Positions 14,455 to 26,935 of a stretch of DNA of 64,000 bases are shown one piece after another. Both the position numbers and the translations under genes were made by a program. The notes under the pieces were generated by a model. It made no database searches, was not told the origin of the DNA, and saw nothing but the letters and a program-made list of their open reading frames with translations. Source of the DNA: Octopus sinensis (taxonomy: Eukaryota). Positions within the stretch are counted from its first letter, which is position 1; each line of letters begins with the position of its first letter. The stretch lies in contig NC_042999.1 in the NCBI RefSeq assembly GCF_006345805.1, forward strand, positions 32,922,001 through 32,986,000, written 5' to 3'.

Positions 14455-14648
14455 TACGGAGGTGTACTTGCATAGCAAGTGATTTGATCTGAGATCGTGT
14501 GCTGAAACGAAAACAATTGCAGCGTGTAAGGTGTTTGTAAGCCATTTAAGAAACACACAAAAGCCGTTCGATTCACTTCAACATTTAAGTTCAATTTGTC
14601 CAAATATTTTCGTCGCTTTAAGACCGCGACCTGCTCACTGACAAAAAT
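14455..14648 (-). repeat. Dispersed repeat carrying a variant hammerhead (14595-14645); second copy at 24447-24637
   Basis: The two copies align over ~190 bp. Confidence 0.8.
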
Positions 14649-15252
14649 CCGTGCTAAAGAAAAATAAAGAGAGCAACAAACTTACATATATATATGTATT
14701 CTTCATTCCTACTTTGCTTTCATTACTAATTACAGCGTAGTAATACCGAGGGAATATGAAGTCTTGATCCACTAAGTAACTATTTGCCTTTGCTCTACCT
14801 GAGAGAAAGAGACAGCAGAAGCGAGGTTCGCACAAGGAAGGTACTTTATAATATTACTACGAAGTCATTAACATTTGAACTTAGGTCGCTTGGTATTAGA
14901 AGAAAGACAGCAACGTAACGTTTTCCAGTTTCCAATGATGCTACTAATAAAATGCCAGCGCAGCAAATTGCTATCAAACATCATACCAACTCGGTTAAGT
15001 AGTTACGATATATGACTTATACTGTTGATAAAACTTTATAGCCAACGTTAATTGGAAATGCGTACGTACACACACACACACGCACATATATGTGTGTGTG
15101 TGTTTATATATGTATATATGTATGTATGTATGTGTGTATATATATATATGCATATACATATATATATATATATAAATATATATAAATATATATATATTTA
15201 TATATATATATATATATACATATGTATATATATGTATATATATATATTTATA

Positions 15253-15305
<53 letters not shown>

Positions 15306-16641
15306 TCACGCATACACATATTTACGTACTTATGTACATACATACATACATACACTCATACATACATAATGAATACTGACAGATATATAAATGAAATAAT
15401 AATATAAATGGAAAATGAATTTTGTTTCCCAGTATCGCAACGTGATGTCTATACATTTTTCGTGTTGTTTTGACTTGATATAAGACAATATGAAACCTAG
15501 CATAAGTTATACATTTAATTTTATTTCAGCAAATGAATAGAATTTTCTCTTTGATCACAAACTAATTTCAGGTTTCATTACCTTTGATGCAAGATTCATT
15601 AGTTAAATTTTTATATAATATGCTATATTGCAGACGTTGCGTATTGGAATGTTTGTTGTATATTTGGAGGAGTAAACTACTGTATAACTTATATCGCTTT
15701 ACATCATAAGTTCAAGTCAGTATAATATTGGAATTTTTTTTATTACTTGAACTAATGAAATTGATACGACGAGTAATATGGTGCGATTAAAACGAGTTAT
15801 AAATTGCACCACTTGCAACATTTGCAAATAAAAGAATTATATTTTTCTCTCAACAACCAGAGATCGTTATTAAACAAATCTACATTAGGAATTTGGCAAA
15901 TAAATATAAGATGATGAAAAATATCGATCTAATGTCAAAATATTGTAATCAAAATCTGGCAAAATAAAGATGGATAATCAGAAATGTAAATATTTTCAAG
16001 CTTCCCACTAAATCGCAATAAGTATTGACTTTGCAATCAACAAATTTGCTGTTTACGCTGTCAAAATCGTCATTACCATCATCATTATACTCTTTCTTAC
16101 TGTCAGTCTGATTGCACTGGTGAACCCTAGATAGTGTGCAATTATTTGCCTCCGGGTGCATCTTTATTTAGTGAAACATCTCGACAAGTATCTATAAGAT
16201 AAATCAGCTTTAATAGATATCAAATATATTTCAAAAATTTACAATATGAAATCACGTGATGTATTTCATGTGGTGTCTGATGCGGATATTTATGTTTCGG
16301 ACGATACATACTTCATAATACTAACCAGTAAAGTGTATGTGTGTGCATGCGTAAATCAGATGGGTAAGTTCGATTTTTAGTGCTCACAAATTTAAATTTA
16401 ATAAAATCTTGTGCTGATGAAAGGAATATTGGAATAGGGTTGTGTAATTAACCCAGAAACGGGTTCACTAGTAATCTTTCGAGTGAACGTTCGTTATTTT
16501 CCCCTCTATACCGACGTGTAATGTTTTCAAGTATACATTGTCTAGGAGACTCTTCTGAAAGCAGAAGAAATAGCTAAATTATTTGGCTGCTATTTCTAAA
16601 AGTTCGGTGCGTTGTAATTTTTTTGCTGAACCCTATTATAT

Positions 16642-16677
<36 letters not shown>

Positions 16678-16799
16678 CATACAGTAAAAGAGAACAGGTA
16701 TTGAGCGAGCCAAACACTTCGCGTGTCTCCAAACACACTCTATTGTGTGTTTATAAAGGCGATTGAGAACAGATTGGAGGTGGTGTTATAATTGTACTG

Positions 16800-17321
16800 A
16801 GAATTATTCTGAGCATGTGAACAACTTGAGCAAAGATTGCATTGCTTCAAGAGTTCCCAATGACGAATATCACAAAAGAAGTGTTGTTGGCAGCAATGAG
16901 ATCGTAGAGCTCCCTACCTCAAGTCCAAGGATACGTTTGCTTCTGGTAACCTCTGAAGAAAGCTGGATTTACTGTCAATCGCCTATTTCGACAGCAAGGG
17001 CATCATACACAGCGTGCGCAAGATATTTGAGGACACACGTTTATAAAAATAAAACATATATAATAACAGATAATAACTTCATGTATCAAAAAATATTTTG
17101 AGGATAAAAATAAACCTTCTTTTCTATAATGTTATTCTTTAAAGCCACCTTCAGTTTCAACAACTGCTTCTATATGAAATCTAAATTATCTACATGATCA
17201 AATCAAGTGGTCCTGGTTCATTTTGGACATTACTCTGACTATGGTAGCTTTGAAAGTATTTTTGGTGTTCTGGGCGTGTTCATTGAACTATCTCTCTCTC
17301 TCTCTCACACACACACGCACG

Positions 17322-17364
<43 letters not shown>

Positions 17365-18395
17365 CAACAACAACAACAACAACACTTCACATGTAATAGT
17401 CTAATGGATTGTGATCTAGGGAATTAGGAATCCGAATGTCAGGGGTTATGTGATTATGAACATTTTCAGCCAGATATTCCTATGTTACTAGAACGATGGG
17501 CGATAGTGCAGTGTCTTACTGAAACACATACGAGTTTCTATTGCATACACTGTCTATCCATGGCTTAACACTTATTTCCAGGACCTTAGTGAGGGCAGCA
17601 GGGTTAACTCTGCGGCCTTGTGGTAAGAAGTAAGGAGGCATCGCATGTCCTTCATTGCTGACAACCCCTAACACCATGATAGTTGCACGAAATTTTGTAT
17701 GCATAACCTTTGGAACTTCAGAAGGGTCTCCACAAAACCATCCGTCTTTTCTTCTGTTAACTTTTAGATCACGCTTGAGAAAAACCAAATCAAATCTTCT
17801 GTTGCATTTTTCAGTTTGTTTAAGAGTCTATTAGATCTGATGTAGTGAACTTGCCGGATAATTTCATGCCTTCTAATGATTTCAGAGCAGTTAGAAATCC
17901 TTTTTGTGTTTTGATACTGGCGACACGTTTCGATCTTCAGTCTCTAGTTCCTTACAAACTTTGTGGACCAAACATCGAGCAACTTTTAAAAACGAGATAT
18001 TTCTAAATCGCTATGCTCAACTTTTATAACCAGAGTAAAAGCATGCTTCTTCATTTCTTCAGTAAGCTGAGGATCTGCCATTATTATTTTCTGAAACAAA
18101 GATTATACAGAGTTAGCAACAAATGCACCAATGCTCTATAAAGGTATGTCCTCTAATACCTTAATCACCCTGTATATCCACTAGGTCCCCTTTGGTCAGA
18201 CGGTCAACTACTTTGTGGATATTTTGAACGGGATCAGAAAGACATTTCGTTTTCATCACGCAGTTGGTACTTGCACTTGGACAATGCAGAAATGCAAATT
18301 TCAGTACTAACCAACTGCTTATGAGAAATGGGCTTCAAAACTATCCTCAACCTTTTTTTTTACAGTTCAGAACTTGCTCCCAGTGACTTTTGGTA
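16800..18395 (+). mobile_element. Mariner (DD34D-type) relic, interrupted by a DD37D element
   Basis: LVTSEESWIY and FDSKGII lie left of the insertion. YIH*VPFGQTVN, LHLDNA and YSSELAPSDFW lie right of it. Confidence 0.75.
17008..18174 (-). mobile_element. maT / DD37D Tc1-mariner element, near full length, decayed
   Basis: ~40-bp imperfect TIRs: TACACAGCGTGCGCAAGATATTTGAGGACAC versus the reverse complement TATACAGGGTGATTAAGGTATTAGAGGACAT. The translation FQ*D-x37-DYY gives D37D spacing by direct count. C-terminus IEAVVETEGGF. The first catalytic D region is deleted. Confidence 0.85.
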
Positions 18396-19667
18396 TGTGA
18401 TGAGATATGTGTATTTAAAAAGCTAAAGAAAATTCCGTAAATTAAAGATACAGAAGAAATAATTGAAAAAAAAAAACGGTCTATTACTTAGAGATTAATA
18501 ACAAGTAGAGATCATACGGGTCACTAAACACCATAATGGAGAACATAAATGTGGAATATAAGAAATAATTTTTAAAAATTCGTAAAATCTCAAGAGTGTT
18601 TATCTTTCTTATACAATTATTTTTTCTATCTTAATTTATTTCTCTTGACATAACTCACACACTACTTTGTCAAAGTCGACTTCAGTTCCTTCGTATTTCG
18701 ATTTTGATGGAAATTCAGAAAATTATGTTTGTTATTATATTTTGCCTTTTTAGTAATATTATATCTAACTCGAACGCAACCTTGCCTCCGTTATTGTTAA
18801 CAATATATTCATGCCTGCGTCCCCACCGAATCTGATTGTTTGATTGGTGAAAAATAATATACATCGTATATACAGAGTATTCAGAAAAAAATCCATGAGG
18901 AATCAATCGTATTCCACCCGATGAAGCGCCCACACATGGGTGTTGCTGAAAAATCTATATAAATAATCTGTTTCTTGTTTTGCTCGTTATACGTTAATTA
19001 GTTGGATAAGTGGAGGTGGAGTGAGATGGAATAAAAGTGACAGGAAGAGGGGTGGATTGAGATGGAATAAGAGTAAGATAGGGGAGTGAAGAAAGAAGAG
19101 ACGGAGAATTAGAGAGATGTTATTAATATTAATACACTTGGACCCCGTGGTCACGTGGCCAGCTGAAGGTAGAAGTGAAGAACGAAAGAAAAAGAGAGTA
19201 GAGAAATATTAATGACGTGTGGTGCCGTTGGGAAGAAATGCTTTTTACGTGGTTAAAAAAATTTACGTGAAGTCAAATATAGATGGAGAGAGAGGGACAG
19301 GGAAGGTAGTACCATTGAACGGGAGAGAGATAGCGACGGAGGCAATGGTGGTGGTGGTTTTTTGTGTGGCTGGTAATGGAAGTGTTGTGTTGATAGTGAA
19401 CATTATGTTTTTTAAAGTATTTATTTTATAGCCACCATCGCTTAAAACATGGTCTTAAATGCAATTATTTCTTGTCTGATCGCTTTAAATAATTGATATT
19501 TGTTTGGATTCACAAGAAAAATGGTTGCAAGCTTCCAGGGAAAAGATGCACAGATATAGAGCACGGATCAGAGAGGAACACCGAGAAAATATAAACAGAA
19601 GAGGAAAAAGCAAACACCGATGGAGACGTAAAGTCACATATCCTCTATCCTCATGCTACATTATTCA

Positions 19668-19964
19668 TCTTTATATATAAAAGTCAAGTTGTGTGTCTGT
19701 CTCCTACGATTTAGATTCCGAACTACTCCCACATTTTGCGGTGCAGTTTAACCAAAAGCGGGTATCTTATAGGCGTGATTCATATCGAGCCCTTCTGGGT
19801 ATTAGCGCGCGTCTACGATGAGTCTACGATTTTAAAAATAATTTACCATCATTTTTTCCATTTTAATGCATTTTTTCGCTATTAGTATAAGGGAAGTAAC
19901 TCTCTAAAAATGCTTATATAGTTATTTCCCTTACAAATCCGAGCAACGCCGGGCGATACTACTA

Positions 19965-19965
<1 letters not shown>
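19668..19965 (+). mobile_element. Non-autonomous Helitron
   Basis: A|TC 5' end (a|TCTTTATATATAAAAG), subterminal GC hairpin ccgagcaacgccggg, CTAG|T 3' end, no TSD. Confidence 0.8.
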
Positions 19966-20007
<42 letters not shown>

Positions 20008-20469
20008 ATATGAGGGGTGGGGTGTACGTATGTATATATGTATGTATATGCTTACATACATACACATTGCACACGCAGGTGCAAGTGACTTACAAAATAA
20101 TTCATTTATGTGATAGTAGGACATCATTTCCTTTCTAGAAAGGTACAACGTGGCATGGCCCAATTAATTACTCTGTGGTCTGTTTATTTGTACATTGAAA
20201 AACAAGACATTTGGTTAATAGTGGCTGCTTATTGTATGAGCTGTTTTCTATTAGGTATTAAATGGTTTAATTTTATCCAGTTATGTATATTTAGCGTATG
20301 CGGTCTATAAATTATGGAGAAATACGCTACCGATGCTGTGTTATCAAATTACGTATGATTTGAATGGAATATGTATAAGATTTGTGGTCTTATTTCTTGA
20401 GTATCTATATCGTTTTTATTGCAGTTATGATATATTTTATATTTTATCTTTCTTTTACTTGTTACAATC

Positions 20470-20894
20470 ATTTCACTGTGGCCCTGCTGGGACATCACCT
20501 TGAAGGGCTTTAGGCGAACAAATCAACCACAGGACTTACTTTTTCTAGCCTAGTTCCTATCCTATTGGTGTTTTATGCTGAACAGCTGAGTAAACAGGGA
20601 CAAAAACACACCAACACCGGTTGTCAAACGGTTGGGGGACAATCACAAACACAAACTCTCTCTCTCTCTCTCTCTCTCTGACATACACACACACACGCAC
20701 AACCACACACACGCACGTACACTCACATATTTGACGGGCTTCCTTCAGTTTCCATCTACCAATTCCACTTACAGGACTTCCGTCGAGCCGAGGCTAGAGC
20801 AGAAGATGTTTGTACAAGTTGCCACGCAGTGGAACTGAACCCGGGTCCGTGTGTTTCGAAGTAAGCCTCTCACCAAACAACCACGCTGGCACCT
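20470..20894 (-). mobile_element. tRNA-derived SINE (same family as 49061)
   Basis: The reverse complement aligns with the head and body of 49061-49510. Confidence 0.75.
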
Positions 20895-22224
20895 ATTTTT
20901 CAAGTTGTAAACATTTTCAGTCTTAAACAGTTCGTCAGGTATTATAACCGAAAGATTTACCTTACCTCGATAATATTTATTGCCACTTCTGCATCTTTAA
21001 AATAATAAATTCCAACTTGCTTATATTTAGGTCAGAGGTGATCGAGTTTTCTATCAACAGGCTTAAATATTCGGTATTATCTCTTCGATAATCCGAACAG
21101 GATTATTTATCTATATTTATAACTATTTATATTTGTATCTATAAATATTTGCTTCTATATTTATATTTCCAGTTGGTAGTCGTGGTTTTGTCTAATGTCC
21201 AATACACATAGGATGCTCATATGAGACCCTGCACCGAGAAATCATGTAATCAATGGTCTTATATGATGTTTCATAATTTCTACTTACTGCCATTCGCCCC
21301 TTGCTTTATTATTATTGTATTGAAACTCTCTGTTTCGTGTGCTGTGATTCTTTGCCCTTACTTACTTTGGTCCACTTACTGAATTCTGAGAACGGAGTAA
21401 GTGAACAAGAACACACACAGAAATGTAAGGTGTCGCTGAAGAGGTCACAGATGTGTGACGATAGATTTCCGGCCAATGGTTAGGCTTTAAAATAACACAA
21501 TGATAGTAATAAATGAGAGAAGAGAAAATAGTGCGTGTGCTTATTTGGCAAAAAATAAATAAATAAATAAATGACCATCCCTAAATACAACAAAAAATGT
21601 TTTACGTTATTTGAAAGAAAATCTTTTTGCTCTTCAAGATAGCGTATTTTGATATTTTAGTGCGTTGTGTATTTTCAGTTCATTAAAATGGAATGTCAAA
21701 GTGGACAAAACTGAGCATACCATTTTTGACACTATTTGCATTTAAACCCACTATCGATGCACGTGAGATTTGTGTTGTGTTTCACTATCAACACAACACT
21801 TCCATTACCAGCCACACAAAAAAACCACCACCACCATCGCCTCCGTCGCTATCTCTCTCCTGTTCAATGGTACTACCTTCCCTGTCCCTCTCTCTCCATC
21901 TATATTTGACTTCACGTAATTTTTTTTTTAACCACGTAAAAAGCATTTCTTGTGACGGCACCACACGTCGTCAATATTTCTCTACTCTCTTTTTCTTTCG
22001 TTCTTCACTTCTACCTTCAGCTGGCCACGTAACCACTGGGTCCAAGTGCATTAATATTAATAACCTCTCTCTAATTCTCCGTCTCTTCTTTCTTCACTCC
22101 TCTCTCTCTCTCACTCTTATTCCATCTCACTCCACCTCCACTTATCTAACTAATTAACGTATAACGAGCAAAAGAAGAAGCAGATTATTATATAGATTTT
22201 TCAGCAACACCCATGTGTGGGCGC

Positions 22225-22575
22225 AATGCTTCGAAGTAACACCGGCCGTTGGTTTTCGCGCTCCAAAAATGGACAGATCACACCCCAGCCGGCCGACTGA
22301 GTTCGGTCAAGAGCGATTGATTCAACTTCTTCATGAAAATCCATGTCAAACGAGTAGAAAATTGGCGAAGCAGATGGATAGTGACAGAAAAAAAACTGTG
22401 GTGAACAATGTTCACACAATTGGCTAGGTTCATCGAACTCAATTGGCCAAACGATTTGTAATCCGCCCTTGAGGTCAAATTTCACGTTTGTGAAGCGTGA
22501 AAACCAAAACAAAACAATTTTTGCCGACGTATTGTATTTTTGCGTGTAATAACTTTTGAAATATGCGCTAATGAA
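22225..22575 (+). mobile_element. Internally deleted mariner relic (HTH region)
   Basis: HPSRPTEFGQERLIQLLHENPCQTSRKLAKQM matches the mariner N-terminal HTH after the GRP motif. Confidence 0.65.
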
Positions 22576-22634
22576 ATATTCCTTGACCCAATACACAAAC
22601 ATACACACACACACACACATACACACACACACAT

Positions 22635-22666
<32 letters not shown>

Positions 22667-23409
22667 GTACACATACACGTATATATATATACATATTTAT
22701 ATATATGTTTATATATACATATATATGTATATGCAGACACAGTATACATATATGAATATAAAGATAGATACATAGACAGAGGGAGAGAGAGAGAAGTAAA
22801 TAGACAGGGTAACAGACTGACAGACAGACAGAAAACAGACAGATAGATACAAAAGTGATTTTCGCTGCAAAATTCAAAGAGAATTAAGAATATATCGCTT
22901 CGGACATCTTTTACCAATCGACAACTTTCGTGCAAACAGTTCCATAAAGTCTTTTTTGTAAAGCAATGATAGAAAAATATGAAAAGATAAATGTAAATTA
23001 CCAGCCTTTTACACACATCATGAAAAGTATATCTGATAAATATCAAATTACCATAACACTTTTTGCAATTAATTGTGAAGTAAAAAGTTAGGGAGTTCTA
23101 CCATCAAGTGACTGTGAAATGTTAAGTATAAAAAAATGAAGGCATAGTCTAATATGATGCTATGTCAAATAAATATGGAAGTAAAATATAATGTAACATA
23201 GTACATTTTTTTATATAATTTTGTTACATTCTTGCAAGGAAAGCAGGTATTAATATGAAGTGCTGAAATTACTGCATGCAAGAATTCACAGCTTTAGCAT
23301 CAATCTTTCATAATCAGCTTTTGAACTTTGTGGCCCATCTTACACCTATCTGCGTTTAGCTGCATATCTTCTATTTATTCCTCACTATATATCTCCATAC
23401 GTGTATATA

Positions 23410-23508
<99 letters not shown>

Positions 23509-23811
23509 GGGGAGAGAGAGAGAAAGAGATACATAAAATACATGCATATATATATATACAAATATAAATACATATATTTATAAAATATAAATATAGAGGT
23601 ATTTTTATGATAGGATGATAATATTTGTACATTTAATAAGTTAGCTTACCTGTCTGTCACGAAATATCTCGATATATTAATTCAGGTGCTAAACACTGGA
23701 TTTTATGTAACTGAAGCAGATTGAAATATTTAACAACCTATGTAATATACAATGTCGTTTGGTACACTGAACATTTAGAGTGTGTTCTATGATGACATAA
23801 AACGATAAACG

Positions 23812-24112
23812 TCGCCCTTTTCAAGCCTAGCCAGGCTCATGGTTCCGGTTTCCTGGTTTCTGTGGCGTATGTGTCCCCGCAACTGGACGGGACGCCAGTC
23901 CATCGCAGCGTTACTCAAGAAACAGGAAGACAGAGTGAGAGAAAGTTGTGGCGAAAGAGCACAACAGAGGTAACCACTACCCAATGCCGGAGTCTGGTGG
24001 AGCTTTTAGGTGTTTTAAGTCAATAAACACACACAACGCCCGGTCTGAGAATCGAAACCGCGGGCCTCTCACTGCGAGTCTGCTACGCTAACCGCTGGGC
24101 CATTGTGCCTCC
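23812..24112 (-). mobile_element. tRNA-derived SINE with a V-domain-like segment
   Basis: The head ggaggcacaatggcccagcggttag...gtttcgattc is shared with 55545. The body contains ctgcgatggactggcgtcccgtccag. Confidence 0.75.
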
Positions 24113-24446
24113 CTATAATGATATATTATATACAAAATTATGTAACCACTACTTATACATGTATATTCGTATGTATACATATACATTTGTAGGTAGATAT
24201 ACCCGTATATATATATATATATGTCTGTGTGTGTGTTTTGTGTGTGTGTGTGTGTGTGTGTGTGTTTGTGTGTTTGTATGTTCGGGTATATATATGTATA
24301 TGTGTGCGTGTGTTTATGGGGATATATATATTTACATATATATATATACATATATATATATACATATATATATATATATTATATATATATATATATTACG
24401 GAGATATATATATATATGTGTAGGTATATATATATATATATATATA

Positions 24447-24636
24447 TTACGGAGAATTACTTGCATATGAGTGACCCGCTCTGAGATCATGTGCTGGAAC
24501 GAAAACAACTGCAGCGTCGAAGGTGTTTATAAACCATTTAAGAAACACACAAAAGGCGTTAGATTCACTTCAACATTTAAATTTAATATGTCAAAATACT
24601 TTCATCGTTTTGAAACCGCAACCTGTTCACTGATAA

Positions 24637-24637
<1 letters not shown>
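24447..24637 (-). repeat. Second copy of the 14455-14648 repeat, with variant hammerhead at 24587-24637
   Basis: Aligns with 14455-14648. Confidence 0.8.
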
Positions 24638-24685
<48 letters not shown>

Positions 24686-25931
24686 TTAGAATGAAAAAAT
24701 GCAGGTGCATGCATGTTAATATTCTTAAGTTTTTACACCTGGAGAACAACAGAACAAGATTTCTACAGTAGAATTTGCCTAATTAGTCCCCTCTAAAGGA
24801 GACTGAAATGTGCTTAAAATTGAAATTCTAATGTACTTCAAATATTGCAACCGAGAATAACATTTTTTTAAATTTCCTATTTATTAAAAGAAAAACTATC
24901 AAATGATTACCTGGTTTTTCCAAAAATAACCCTCTCCGATGTTAAGCCTCTGGGCTTATATTTAGAGACTCTTTTCATGTATAACCCCAGTAATTTTTAT
25001 TATTTTCATAAAAAAATTATTTGAGCAAAATTATTTAAGTCTGTACTTTAGCCCGTATTTTTGGAAAAAGCAAAAGTAATTTTAAAAACATACAGCAGAA
25101 ATCGCTAGTCATCCCTCAGAGCAAAATGAAAGTGACGAATTCAGTGAAGAAACGAATTAGCTATAGACCAATTAGGCTAATTCTACTAAATTTTAGTTTT
25201 GATTATTTTGTAGGATTAAAGTGTTTTTTTTTTTTAACGTGGAAAAATTGACTGATCCTATGCAACATCTGAAACCATTTAATGACCAATTACTGTATTG
25301 TAATGGAATTTCACCTCAAGAAAATAATCTTGCGCTGTATCACTTACAAATTAATATTGTATTGTTTGTACAACTTAATAAAATTGCTCTTTCAATTTTA
25401 TATTTCAAAAGACATGAATTATAAGCAAATTGTCTGTTTAAACTTATTTTGGATTATTTTTATACCATGTTTTTAAAGATTTTCTGTTGATTCAGTAATA
25501 TTTTGAGACGGTCCTTAATGGCGATACGAACCAAATACTGATGCCATCTCACCTTTTTCTTATTACATTTTACTAAATAACGATACGATTCTTTAATTAT
25601 AATTCGGTCTAGCGAGGAAATATTTGGTCCGTCTCGTCGCCATCAGTCGTGAGCCGATCAATTTGTCCTTCCTACGCCAAGACTGATGAAGTTAATTGAT
25701 TGAGTAGTAGACTAAATAGTTAATCTAGTAAACGATTAATTGATAGCTAACCAGTTTGTTCAGAGAATCTCTGTTAGAGATGTAAGCAGTTTTTATACAG
25801 AAAAGTAATGTTTATCGTCACCTAAACGTGGGTGTTTTATCAGAACAGCCGTAACATTATTTTATCCCCAGGAGGACACCTGCTCCAGCTGCTTATTCAA
25901 TGAGCTTCTCACTCGAAATATATTCTTTTGT

Positions 25932-26110
25932 ACTCTAAGCACAAGGCCCGAACTTTTGGGGGAAGGGAAATCGATTAGATCGAACCCAGTATGCAATTGT
26001 TGTTTAATTTATTGACCTCGGTGGAATTTGAACTCAGGACGCAAAGACACAAGAAATACCACTAAGCATTTAGACCGGCGTGCTAACGTTTCTGCGAGCT
26101 CGGCGCCTTA
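25932..26110 (-). mobile_element. tRNA-derived SINE (second family)
   Basis: The minus strand begins ggcgccgagctcgcagaaacgttagc and has a B-box-like gagttcaaattcc. Related copy at 58985-59157. Confidence 0.7.
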
Positions 26111-26284
26111 CACTCGAAATATATTGTAAGCGGTGTGAAACCTCCCTACTATTCTAGCCCTCAGAACACCAGATCACAGTTAATCGACCTCATTTTGATC
26201 ACCTCCAGCGATAGATACCCGTATGCTAGATCTGACAGTAATTCACGCCAGCCTATATAGAGATGCAGTCACAGATTTTATTGA

Positions 26285-26935
26285 GAAGCTAGTTTGCTAA
26301 TTGCACAGTTAATGACTGTATTACACAGTTTTTCTAAATGTTGCCAGCTGGGGTGAACTACTGCTATGTTTAGTAGATGTGTATCCATCACTGAAGTGAA
26401 CAAATTAAAGTCGAAACCCCGTGAGCTGGTGGTCTCAGCGCTAAAGTAGTAAGGAAGTCGCTCCCCATTAGCAATATATATATATATTATATATATATAT
26501 ATATATGTTGAGTGCAAAGTGATATGAATAACAAGCTGGAAGAGGTGTCCTTCTGGGTTGAAATTAGCAGTCTCGTCTGTTCTTATAGATCACCCACCTT
26601 TAGGTGGTAATAAAGATTACTCCTCAGTATAATCACTGCTTTCGACTCAAATAGAGATTTTCTTAAGAAGCTAGTATGCTAATTGCAAAATCAGGAACTG
26701 TGTGACACTGTTCTGGGGGTGAACTATTGCTATGTCTAGCAGACGAGTATCCATCACTGAAGATGGACAAAATGAAGTCGAAATCACGTGATTTGGTAAT
26801 CTGGAGTTACAATAGGATGGAATCCACTCTCCGCCTGCAATAAATATCAGCGCAAAAGGCACTGCCAAACCAGCTGGCAGATGCCTTCCCCTGACGTTAA
26901 AATAAGTATCGTCTGTTCTTATAGAACACCCACAA
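26285..26935 (+). repeat. Diverged tandem duplication (~366-bp period) with hammerhead motifs at 26385-26432 and 26753-26797
   Basis: The copies align (gaagctagt.tgctaattgca..., tatccatcactgaag...gtcgaaa). Confidence 0.75.

Larger units (their letters stand above)
18926..22224. repeat. High-identity long inverted repeat (arms 18926-19400 and 21781-22224, spacer ~2.4 kb)
   Basis: The arms are reverse complements with scattered substitutions and a ~30-bp duplication in the left arm. Confidence 0.9.

Noticed and set aside
16408-16471. CTGATGA...GAAA hammerhead candidate
   Set aside because: Stem II needs a large 5' bulge and stem III is only 2 bp; too weak to call.
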